Assembly (NCBI GenBank): GCA_049291415.1
Contig: JBATPI010000184.1
Coordinates: 1,307 to 65,306 of the forward strand
Length of the DNA stretch: 64,000 bases
Reading direction: 5' to 3'
From: Paracoccaceae bacterium
GTDB taxonomy: Bacteria > Pseudomonadota > Alphaproteobacteria > Rhodobacterales > Rhodobacteraceae
The position numbers and the translations under genes were made by a program. Of the stretch, positions 46,737 through 54,627 are shown piece after piece; position 1 is the first letter of the stretch; each line of letters starts with the position of its first letter. Under the pieces are notes generated by a model, which was not told the DNA's origin, did no database searches, and saw nothing but the letters and a program-made list of their open reading frames with translations.

Positions 46737-48932
46737 CTACGGACTTGCGGCAGGTTCTTTTACGCTGCCCAGCAAAGCTTCAATCGTCGCGCGCGCTGTT
46801 ACGCTTTCGTCTACCAGCGCGGTGCCGCGTGCGATGGGGCCGGCCGCGTCAACTTTTGTGTCGAGAGACAGCAATTCTGCTGCTGGACGCCAGGTCGTCG
46901 GGCCAGCCTGAGCGACAACGGGCCAATCTTGGGTCCAGGTGATCGTGCGTTGCGCCGCTGTTTCATCGCCACCTTGCAAAAGCGCCTCTGCGGATGTGCG
47001 CAGATCACCCAGTTGGGCGGCAGCGGTGGCCTGCAACGCCAAGGCATCCGGCGTTGTCAGCCCGTCCAGCAACGCCAGAACCGTCGGCGCATCGCGCAAC
47101 ATCAGATGCGCCTGGGCTGCGCGCAATCGCAGGTTCTCACCAGACTCGGGTCCAACGGATCCCATCCATGCCAGGGCAAGATCGGCAAAGCCCAAGTCCA
47201 TCAGCCGTCGCGAAATATTTTCCGCAACCTGTGGATCAATTGCCGGATGGGCGGCGGAAAAACGGGCGGCCTGCACAAGAAAGGCGTCGTCGGCCAGTCC
47301 TGCTGCAGCCAGTGACCAAAGGTCGGAAAATGAATCCATGTCTTTGTCAATTAGCGCAAAAGCCAGGTCGAAATCCCCTTGCATTGCATAGGCCAAAATC
47401 TGTGCCCGGATCAGATCTGGAACAATATCTGTGCCATGGGCTTCACGCAGAAAAGCACCCAAGGCAGAGGGCAACCCGGCGTCAATCTGACGATTGCCGC
47501 GAAAGGCGGCTTCTACCACGGTTATCGCAGCTTTTGCCGTTGCTGGGCCTGCGTTTTGCAACACACCTGCGGCCAGCTTTGCGGCGGCCAGATCATCGCC
47601 GTCTGCCAGCTGAAAGCGCGCATCCATCAGGTCGACCTCTGGATTCCCTTCTGTCGCAGAGCGCAGGATTGCGTCGCGCAACTTGCGGGCAGTTTCTTCG
47701 TCTCCCGCCGCCAGAAACTTATCAACCAAGCCTCCACCCAGGCTTTGGCGCAGATGGACGGGTAGCGCCGAAAAGCTGCGCGCGATGGCTTCGGCATTCG
47801 TTGCCGGAGGAAGCGGCGCCTGTTGGCCCTGCGCCAGGATAGCCCACATGGCTGCCGAGGACTCACAGGGTTGCATACCCTTAAACGGGCTATCAATGGC
47901 GGGTTCGCCATCCACGATATGGCTGAGAGCGTTGAGAATCCGCCCATATTTGACGGCATCTGGAGGCAGAAAAGCCAGAAATTGGCGGGCTTCGGCACCA
48001 AAGCCCAAATAGATGTGGTAGCGGACAGCCCGCAATACCGCCTCTGGCACGGCCGCATCAAATTCGGCCAGAAGGCCAGATCGCGCCAAACCGATCTGTG
48101 AAGAAATATCGCCGGACATGCCCCAGGTTTCGATGTCCAGTTCGTCATCCGTCAAACAGGCCTGGCCGCTTTCAGTCAGCATTGATGGGCCTGTGCGATC
48201 CGTGCCACTTTTCAACCCTGGCATCTCTCCAATGCTGATTCGCGACCAAGGTGCATCGGTCCCTGATTTCGGGTCGCGCGCGGGCCGAGGAGCGCCGTCT
48301 ATGATCTCGACCACGCCCTCCGCAGCACCTTTGCTGATCTGCGCCAACAGCGCGTCCCGAAGCGGGGCCAAAGAGGTATCCCCCGTTGGCAAGGCCAATG
48401 GCAGGGGCAAGTCATCAAACTCGGCATCCCCCTTCCGCTGCAGGGCAACCCAGTCATAGCTGGGCGCCGCGTCAGCCGCAGGTTGCGGAACCGTGGTATC
48501 GGCAGCGTCCCCGGTATCCGTTGCGGAAGCGCCCCCGTCCAAGGCAGATTCAAAGGCGGAACCCGCCGGCGCCGCGCCGGATTTGATGTCAATTACAACG
48601 ATGCCGGCACGAAACTCAAACGCCATGGCATAGCAGGCGCAGGCCAGTGAAAACCGCAACCGCCCACTCTCAGGGTCGCGCCAGAGCGCAGTTATCCGAT
48701 CGCGCGGAATTCTGGCGAAGGCCTGCGTCACGTCATAGCCGGCAACCTCTGTGCCCAGATCCAGCTCATAGCCATCGGCGGCGCGGCCGAATTTCCAATC
48801 GCCCAGCTTGGTGACCTCAACCACCAGACGTGTGAAGTCGTCATGTTCACCACCGGTGACTCGTGCCATTTCTGCCCCGGCCGGAACTGCAGCGAATAGC
48901 GCGAACAATAGTGCCAGCCAGCGTGCCATCAT
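46737..48932 (-). CDS. Hypothetical 731-aa secreted protein, translationally coupled to motA (no family recognised)
   Basis: An ATGA overlap links it to the motA stop. It has signal peptide MMARWLALLFALFAAVPAGA/EM and a beta-rich N-module (ARVTGGEHDDFTRLVVEV..YELDLG..IVVIDIK). An acidic Ala/Pro linker follows, then ~500 aa of Ala/Leu-rich helical sequence. No OmpA/MotB-like motif. Confidence 0.6.
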   Translation of the reverse strand: MMARWLALLFALFAAVPAGAEMARVTGGEHDDFTRLVVEVTKLGDWKFGRAADGYELDLGTEVAGYDVTQAFARIPRDRITALWRDPESGRLRFSLACACYAMAFEFRAGIVVIDIKSGAAPAGSAFESALDGGASATDTGDAADTTVPQPAADAAPSYDWVALQRKGDAEFDDLPLPLALPTGDTSLAPLRDALLAQISKGAAEGVVEIIDGAPRPARDPKSGTDAPWSRISIGEMPGLKSGTDRTGPSMLTESGQACLTDDELDIETWGMSGDISSQIGLARSGLLAEFDAAVPEAVLRAVRYHIYLGFGAEARQFLAFLPPDAVKYGRILNALSHIVDGEPAIDSPFKGMQPCESSAAMWAILAQGQQAPLPPATNAEAIARSFSALPVHLRQSLGGGLVDKFLAAGDEETARKLRDAILRSATEGNPEVDLMDARFQLADGDDLAAAKLAAGVLQNAGPATAKAAITVVEAAFRGNRQIDAGLPSALGAFLREAHGTDIVPDLIRAQILAYAMQGDFDLAFALIDKDMDSFSDLWSLAAAGLADDAFLVQAARFSAAHPAIDPQVAENISRRLMDLGFADLALAWMGSVGPESGENLRLRAAQAHLMLRDAPTVLALLDGLTTPDALALQATAAAQLGDLRTSAEALLQGGDETAAQRTITWTQDWPVVAQAGPTTWRPAAELLSLDTKVDAAGPIARGTALVDESVTARATIEALLGSVKEPAASP

Positions 48933-49801
48933 CAGGCGGCATCCTGCTTCAATGCGCGCAACGCCTCTTCCAAAGCGCTGAAGCCCGGGCGCACGTGGTG
49001 GGGGGTATTCTGCCGCCCAACCTCGATGCAGATATTTGCGGGGTGCCTGTGCAAATTCGCAACCAGAACTTCGCGAATCAGTTGATAGAAATGCGCATCA
49101 TCTTCGACAACCTGCTTCACCCGTGCGGCAAAAGGGCCCATCAAGCCATAGGCCAGAAACACCCCCAAAAACGTGCCGACCAAGGCCGAGCCGATCATGG
49201 CACCCAGAATCTCGGGCGGCTGATCGATTGATCCCATTGTCTTGATCACGCCCAGCACAGCGGCCACGATGCCCAGAGCGGGCAGGCCATCCGCCATGGA
49301 TTGCATCGCGTGGCTAGAGTGCATGGCGTGATGCAGATGCGCCTCCATCCGCTTGTCCAACACCTCTTCCACCTGATGCGGGTCATCATAATTCATCGAC
49401 GCAGCGCGAAGTGTGTCGCAGATCAGATCAACCGCATCGTGATCGTGCTGGATCCGGGGATATTTGCCGAAAATACTGGATGCGCCAGGATTCTCGACAT
49501 GTTCCTCCAGCCCGACGGGGTTGGACCGCGCCAACCGGACCAGTTCGAACAACAGGCACAGCAGATCACGGTAATCCACAGGCTTCCACTTGGACCCCTT
49601 GAAGACCTTGCCAACGTCCTTGACCGTGTGTTTGACCGACGCCAGATCGTTAGAGATCAGGAACGCCCCTACGGCTGCCCCGCCGATCATGATCATCTCA
49701 AACGGCAACGCCTCGAGGATGGGCGCCAGGCTGCCACCGTGGATCGTATAGCCTCCGAAAACCATCAGAAGAATGACAACGATTCCAATAACACCAAACA
49801 T
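48932..49801 (-). CDS. motA: Flagellar stator protein MotA
   Basis: 289 aa with 4 TM segments. ..ADGLPALGIVAAVLGVIKTMGSI.. and ..GSALVGTFLGVFLAYGLMGP.. fit the MotA/TolQ/ExbB channel pattern. Confidence 0.9.
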   Translation of the reverse strand: MFGVIGIVVILLMVFGGYTIHGGSLAPILEALPFEMIMIGGAAVGAFLISNDLASVKHTVKDVGKVFKGSKWKPVDYRDLLCLLFELVRLARSNPVGLEEHVENPGASSIFGKYPRIQHDHDAVDLICDTLRAASMNYDDPHQVEEVLDKRMEAHLHHAMHSSHAMQSMADGLPALGIVAAVLGVIKTMGSIDQPPEILGAMIGSALVGTFLGVFLAYGLMGPFAARVKQVVEDDAHFYQLIREVLVANLHRHPANICIEVGRQNTPHHVRPGFSALEEALRALKQDAA

Positions 49802-49864
49802 TTGTCCGCCTTTGGTCCAAGGATTTTCCGCAGTCTCGCGCCACGAGGTTAAAAAGTCGCAAAG

Positions 49865-50443
49865 TCACTCTTTCGGCACGTTCGCATTGCGTCCCGCCAT
49901 GATCGCGCTGACGGCATAGGCTTTTTCCGGGCCCATCCCGGCCATCACCGATGCAGCTGCATCGGGGCGCATGCGACTAAGAAACCCGGCAGCAAAATCC
50001 GATTCCATCGCGTCGAAAAGGCGGGCCGCATCCTTGGGTTTCATCGTCTCATAGACCGCCACAAGGCGGGTGATGTCTTCCTCGGCCGCGCCGTCGGCCA
50101 AAGACAGCGTCTTGCGCAACTCGGCCTCAGCCGCCTGTAAGGCGGACAGACGACCCGTGATCGCCTGATCGGCCAGCGCCAGCGCGGCCTCTCGGTCTGC
50201 AATGGCTGCCTCTTGGGTCGCGACCCGGCCTTCGCGCTCACTCAGGGCGGCGGCCAGCGCGGCGGGCAGGGCGGGGCAATCGCCCGACGTTTCGAGAGTC
50301 GTGTCTGCCACAAGAGTCTCTGGCGTTGCCTTTGATGCCTCTGCCAGCGCCGACCCGACGCTGTCTCCAATCCGCAGTGCGCCAGACGCGGCAAAGAGCA
50401 GGGCAACAATGACCAGGGCGCCACGGCTGGATCTTGGTTTCAT
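49865..50443 (-). CDS. MotE-family (MgtE-N-like) flagellar protein
   Basis: 192 aa with an N-terminal signal/anchor and a coiled coil. ..EEDITRLVAVYETMKPKDAARLFDAMESDFAAGFLSRMRPDAAASVMAGMGPEKAYAV fits the MotE-family pattern, from memory. Confidence 0.6.
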   Translation of the reverse strand: MKPRSSRGALVIVALLFAASGALRIGDSVGSALAEASKATPETLVADTTLETSGDCPALPAALAAALSEREGRVATQEAAIADREAALALADQAITGRLSALQAAEAELRKTLSLADGAAEEDITRLVAVYETMKPKDAARLFDAMESDFAAGFLSRMRPDAAASVMAGMGPEKAYAVSAIMAGRNANVPKE

Positions 50444-50820
50444 TCGGCATACTCCAAATTATCGCGGCTGCCCCTGCGGCGCACGAATCGCAATCTTCGC
50501 AGTTCGTCTTCGGGTTCAGGTGCGGGCGTCCCGGCCTCGGGCAGGTCATGCATAGAGGCCATCAGCAGTTCCAACCGTTTAGCCAGAACCTCTGCCCTCC
50601 CCGTCAGATCCTGCAAATTCTGCTCGGATGAGCTGGTAACGCCGCGGGCCTTTTCCAACGCTCGCGTCATGTCATCTACCTGGGCCGACAGCACGGCGAT
50701 GGCGCCGCCCATTCCGGTTTCCAAAGTTGTGAACTTGCGCAGGCGGGCTGCCAGCACAAGGCAATAGACGGCCGCCCCGACGCTGGCCGCGATCATCAAC
50801 ATGTCGGCGATCAGTTCCAC
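50440..50820 (-). CDS. Hypothetical 126-aa membrane-anchored coiled-coil protein in the motor operon
   Basis: Single N-terminal TM segment (MLMIAASVGAAVYCLVLAA), then a helical region and a basic C-terminal tail. A 4-nt overlap links it to the downstream MotE-like gene. Confidence 0.5.
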   Translation of the reverse strand: MELIADMLMIAASVGAAVYCLVLAARLRKFTTLETGMGGAIAVLSAQVDDMTRALEKARGVTSSSEQNLQDLTGRAEVLAKRLELLMASMHDLPEAGTPAPEPEDELRRLRFVRRRGSRDNLEYAE

Positions 50821-50830
50821 GCCAGTCTCC

Positions 50831-51316
50831 TCAATTCAGGACAAATTCGGTGACAAGCAGGTCGCGGACCCGCCCTTCACCCGTTACGATCTGCACCCGT
50901 CGCAGCATCTGCGCCCGCAGCCTGGCCATCGCGGACGGATCCTCCAGATCCGCCACCTCAACCGCCCGCAGATAGCTGTTCAGCACGTCCAGAATGCGCG
51001 GCATCAGCACGGTAACCTCATCGGCATAGGCCTTTGACACCTCTAGCTGTGAGGTGAATTTCAAATGCTTGCTGGACGATCCGGGCCCCAGCGTCACCAC
51101 CACGGGATCAATCGGAACAAAGGCGATATCAGGCAGCGGGCCGGGCTTTTCCTCGGCCACAAGCGCCTCGGCATGGCCGCCGAGAATCATCCCGGACCAG
51201 GTTGCATAGAAGCCACCCCCCCCTAAGGCCAGCGCCAGAACCAGGCCAATGACCAGGGGCATCTTCGACTTCTTCTTTTTCGGTTCCGCATCCTGCGGCG
51301 CTTCAGCATCTGCCAA
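50831..51316 (-). CDS. fliL: FliL-family protein (paralog 2)
   Basis: ..KKKKSKMPLVIGLVLALALGGGGF.. TM segment, then ..FVPIDPVVVTLGPGSSSKHLKFTSQLEV.. The best start is the TTG at 51316, 5 nt after AAGGAGG. The track ORF extends to 51385. Confidence 0.7.
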   Translation of the reverse strand: MADAEAPQDAEPKKKKSKMPLVIGLVLALALGGGGFYATWSGMILGGHAEALVAEEKPGPLPDIAFVPIDPVVVTLGPGSSSKHLKFTSQLEVSKAYADEVTVLMPRILDVLNSYLRAVEVADLEDPSAMARLRAQMLRRVQIVTGEGRVRDLLVTEFVLN

Positions 51317-51360
51317 GGCGGCCTCCTTCACGTTGCAGAACGAAAATAGATCAAAGGTCA

Positions 51361-51375
51361 CTAACCGATTGTTAA
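51361..51375. promoter_or_regulatory. CtrA-box-like motif (TTAA-N7-TTAG on the minus strand) in the divergent fliL/fliF promoter region
   Basis: The plus strand reads CTAACCGATTGTTAA, one mismatch from TTAA-N7-TTAA. CtrA is the known flagellar master regulator in several Rhodobacterales. This is a single site, so statistical support is weak. Confidence 0.3.
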
Positions 51376-51427
51376 GGCGCCTCATCCAATGCTGAGCGCC
51401 AAGGGAGAACCCCTGCGGAGTGGACGT

Positions 51428-53029
51428 GTGCAGAATCTGATTTCCATTTGGCTGGCGCTTGATTTCCGGAAGAAGGCCGTTGTTTTGGGGGCAACCCTGG
51501 CCATGTTCATGGCAGTTCTGGGCTTGGCGCGCATGGCAAACAGCCCCAATCTGGTGCTGCTTTATGCGGGGCTGGAGGGGGCGACCGCGGGCCAGATCGT
51601 TACTGCATTGGATCAGCGTGCGGTCAGCTACGAGGTGCGGGGTGATTCGATCTATGTCGACATCAACGCTCGTGACAGCCTGCGCATGGCCTTGGCGGCC
51701 GAGGGGCTGCCCGCGACAGGCGGCGCCGGGTACGAACTGCTGGATTCGCTGACCGGATTTGGCACCACCTCGCAGATGTTCGACGCTGCCTATTGGCGCG
51801 CAAAAGAGGGCGAATTGGCGCGCACCATTCTGGCCGTATCAGAGGTGAAATCAGCACGGGTTCATATCTCGCAGGCGCCAGCGGGCGCTTTCCGCCGCAG
51901 TGATGCGCCAACGGCCAGCGTCACCGTGACCACTTCTAACGGGTCTTTGTCAGAACCTCAGGCGCGTGCGCTGAAGCATCTGGTGGCCAGCGCCGTCGCT
52001 GGCATGCGGCCAGAGGATGTTCAGGTGATAGATGCCGTGGGAGGACTGATCGCCAGCAGCGAAGACGGCGATGGCACCGGGGCAGGGACCGACGACCGGA
52101 CGGAAAAGATCCGTCACAACGTGGAACGCCTGCTTGAGGCGCGGGTTGGGGCGGGCAAGGCTGTAGTCCAAGTTTCAGTCGACATGATTACAGAACGGGA
52201 GCAGATCACTGAACGTAAGTTTGACCCGCAGGGCCGTGTCGCGATCTCAACCGAAACCGAAGAATCCAGCAACAGCGCGACCAAACCGGGGGGCGACGTC
52301 ACCGTCGCCTCCAACCTGCCCGAAGGTGATGCAGGCGCGGGCGGCAATGGCAAATCGCAATCTACCGAAACGCGCGAGCGGGTCAATTACGAGGTCTCGG
52401 AAACTCAGCGTGAGGTGTTGCGTGGCCCCGGCGGCGTGCGGCGGATGACCGTGGCAGTGTTGGTCGATGGCCAGATGGTGACAGCCCAAGACGGCACCAC
52501 GACCTGGCAGCCCCGATCCGAGGAAGAGCTGGCGATCTTGAAAGAACTGGTCGGCGCGGCCGTTGGTCTGGATGAGACACGGGGCGATGTGCTGACGTTG
52601 AAATCTCTGCAATTTACCCCGGCCGTTATGCTGGGCACCGAGGCGCAGGCCAGCCTCTTGCCACCTCTGGGGCCGATCAACCTGATGTCGGCCATCCAGA
52701 TCGCGGTTCTGGCCGTAGTGGCGATCATTCTGGGCCTGTTTGTGGTGCGGCCGATTCTGGCCTCTGGCCGCAGGACCCAAGAGGCGTTTGCGGCTGACGG
52801 CTCGCCCCTGGCACTGCCCGGCACCATTGGAAACGGAGCCCTGAACGGTGAGATTGATGACGACTACTCGCTATCCAGCCTGCCGATGGTCGACCTTATG
52901 GGCGCTGATCGTGATGAGCCCTTGGTCGAAGACCCGGCCACGCGCCTGCGCCGTCTGATTGAGGAGCGTCAGGCCGAATCCATCGAAATCCTGCGCGGTT
53001 GGCTGGAACCCGAGGAGGAGCGCGTCTGA
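51428..53029 (+). CDS. fliF: Flagellar MS-ring protein FliF
   Basis: The likely start is the GTG at 51428, after GGAG (VQNLISIWLALDFRKKAVVLGATLAMF..). The track ORF starts at 51389. It has typical N-terminal and C-terminal TM segments. Confidence 0.9.
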   Translation: MQNLISIWLALDFRKKAVVLGATLAMFMAVLGLARMANSPNLVLLYAGLEGATAGQIVTALDQRAVSYEVRGDSIYVDINARDSLRMALAAEGLPATGGAGYELLDSLTGFGTTSQMFDAAYWRAKEGELARTILAVSEVKSARVHISQAPAGAFRRSDAPTASVTVTTSNGSLSEPQARALKHLVASAVAGMRPEDVQVIDAVGGLIASSEDGDGTGAGTDDRTEKIRHNVERLLEARVGAGKAVVQVSVDMITEREQITERKFDPQGRVAISTETEESSNSATKPGGDVTVASNLPEGDAGAGGNGKSQSTETRERVNYEVSETQREVLRGPGGVRRMTVAVLVDGQMVTAQDGTTTWQPRSEEELAILKELVGAAVGLDETRGDVLTLKSLQFTPAVMLGTEAQASLLPPLGPINLMSAIQIAVLAVVAIILGLFVVRPILASGRRTQEAFAADGSPLALPGTIGNGALNGEIDDDYSLSSLPMVDLMGADRDEPLVEDPATRLRRLIEERQAESIEILRGWLEPEEERV

Positions 53030-53631
53030 TGGCGATGCCCAAGCTGGAAGTGTTCGATGCAACCCCCTCGACCGGACAATCCGCTGGCATGGTGGTCACG
53101 CAGGTCTCTGCCATCGAAGAGGCCAAACTGGCGGCCTATGAGCAGGGCTACAAGGCCGGTTGGGATGATTCGGTCGCAGCGCAATCCGAAGATCAGGGCC
53201 GGATTGGCGCGGACCTGGCGCGCAACCTGCAGCAACTGTCCTTTACCTATCAAGAGGCCCGGTCGCATATCCTGAAGGCGATCGAGCCGCTGTTGGAAGA
53301 AATGGTCAATCGGCTCTTGCCCGAAACCGCGCGTGAAACGCTGGCGCCTCTGGTGCTTGAGCAGGTTATGCCGATGGCCGAAGAGCTGTTGGATCAGCCC
53401 ATTCATCTGGTGCTTAATCCGGCGGTCAGGGTTCCAGTCGAGACGCTGATCGCCCAGGCCACCGGCCTGCCGATGCATATCGAAGAAGAGCCGACCCTGC
53501 CCGAAGGTCAGGTCTATATCCGTCTTGGCGCGACCGAGGCCAAGGTCGATCTGACCCGCGTTACCGCCGATATCGCTGCCGCCGTTCGCGGTTTTTTCAG
53601 CCTGTCCCAGGAGAGCAATTCCAATGGATGA
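53029..53631 (+). CDS. FliH-like flagellar assembly protein
   Basis: 200 aa with an ATG overlapping the fliF stop (TGATG). ..EEAKLAAYEQGYKAGWDD.. is typical of FliH-like proteins. Positioned between fliF and fliN. Confidence 0.55.
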   Translation: MAMPKLEVFDATPSTGQSAGMVVTQVSAIEEAKLAAYEQGYKAGWDDSVAAQSEDQGRIGADLARNLQQLSFTYQEARSHILKAIEPLLEEMVNRLLPETARETLAPLVLEQVMPMAEELLDQPIHLVLNPAVRVPVETLIAQATGLPMHIEEEPTLPEGQVYIRLGATEAKVDLTRVTADIAAAVRGFFSLSQESNSNG

Positions 53632-53893
53632 CACCACCGATTCAAACCCGTTCAGCCAGGTCCCGATTGAGATCACCATCTCGGTCGGCAAGGCGCGGCC
53701 AATGGTCAAAGACCTGTTGCGCCTGTCTCGCGATGCCATTCTGCCCTTGGATCGCCGGGTGGATGATCCGGTTGAGCTGTTCGTAGGTGACCGACTGATC
53801 GCGCGTGGAGAATTGACAGAAATGGAAGGCGATGTGCCCGGGCAACTGGGCGTTCGCCTGACCGAAGTGGCCAATCTGCGGGGCGGATTGTGA
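53624..53893 (+). CDS. fliN: Flagellar motor switch protein FliN
   Basis: 89 aa. ..VPIEITISVGKARPMVKDLLRLSRDAILPLDRRVDDPVELFVGDRLIARGEL.. fits the SpoA/FliN domain pattern. Confidence 0.85.
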   Translation: MDDTTDSNPFSQVPIEITISVGKARPMVKDLLRLSRDAILPLDRRVDDPVELFVGDRLIARGELTEMEGDVPGQLGVRLTEVANLRGGL

Positions 53894-54621
53894 CGCGCAA
53901 CGCCCTTCTGCCGCTGGCCGTCGGGGCCGCCATTTTGCTGGCCGGCCCCGCCTTGGCCCAAGGGGTGACGCTGGATTTTGGCGAAGGTGGATCACTGGCC
54001 TCGCGCTCGGTGCAACTTTTGATGCTGATCACCATCCTCAGCATCGTGCCGGGGTTGGCGGTGATGGTCACCTGCTTTCCCTTTATCGTCACGGTTCTGT
54101 CGATCCTGCGCCAAGGGATCGGACTGCAACAGGCGCCACCAAACATGATGATCGTCAGCCTGGCGATGTTCCTGACCTGGTTCGTGATGGAGCCGGTGAT
54201 GACCGAGGCCTGGACCAAAGGGATAGAGCCGTTCACCCAGGACCAGATTGACATCCAGACCGCCTTTCAGCGCACGTCAGAGCCGTTTCGCGGCTTTATG
54301 TCCCAGCGCGTAGATGCCGACACCTTTGCAAATCTGGATGCCCTGCGCCCCCGCGCGGAGACCACGATCGCAAGCGCGCCTCTGTCGCTGCTGGTGCCGG
54401 CCTTTCTGGTGTCAGAACTGCAACGCGCCTTTGAGATCGGGTTTCTGGTCTTTCTGCCCTTCCTCATCATCGACCTGGTCGTTTCGGCCATCCTGATGTC
54501 GATGGGCATGATGATGGTGCCGCCGGCCGTGGTCTCGCTGCCGTTCAAGCTGGCGTTTTTCGTCGTTGCCGACGGGTGGAGCCTGATCGCAGGGGCGCTG
54601 GTGCGCAGCTATGGCCCTTAG
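53890..54621 (+). CDS. fliP: Flagellar export apparatus protein FliP
   Basis: 243 aa with a signal peptide. ..LLMLITILSIVPGLAVMVTCFPFIVTVLSILRQGIGLQQAPPN.. and ..AFEIGFLVFLPFLIIDLVVSAILMSMGMMM. Confidence 0.95.
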   Translation: MTRNALLPLAVGAAILLAGPALAQGVTLDFGEGGSLASRSVQLLMLITILSIVPGLAVMVTCFPFIVTVLSILRQGIGLQQAPPNMMIVSLAMFLTWFVMEPVMTEAWTKGIEPFTQDQIDIQTAFQRTSEPFRGFMSQRVDADTFANLDALRPRAETTIASAPLSLLVPAFLVSELQRAFEIGFLVFLPFLIIDLVVSAILMSMGMMMVPPAVVSLPFKLAFFVVADGWSLIAGALVRSYGP

Positions 54622-54627
54622 CGGCCC

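Noticed and set aside
52969-53961. 330-aa minus-strand ORF across the fliH-like/fliN genes; similar shadows lie at 17686-18573(+), 46994-47842(+), 19751-20704(+) and 27559-28284(-)
   Set aside because: All overlap well-supported genes on the other strand and have shadow-ORF composition.
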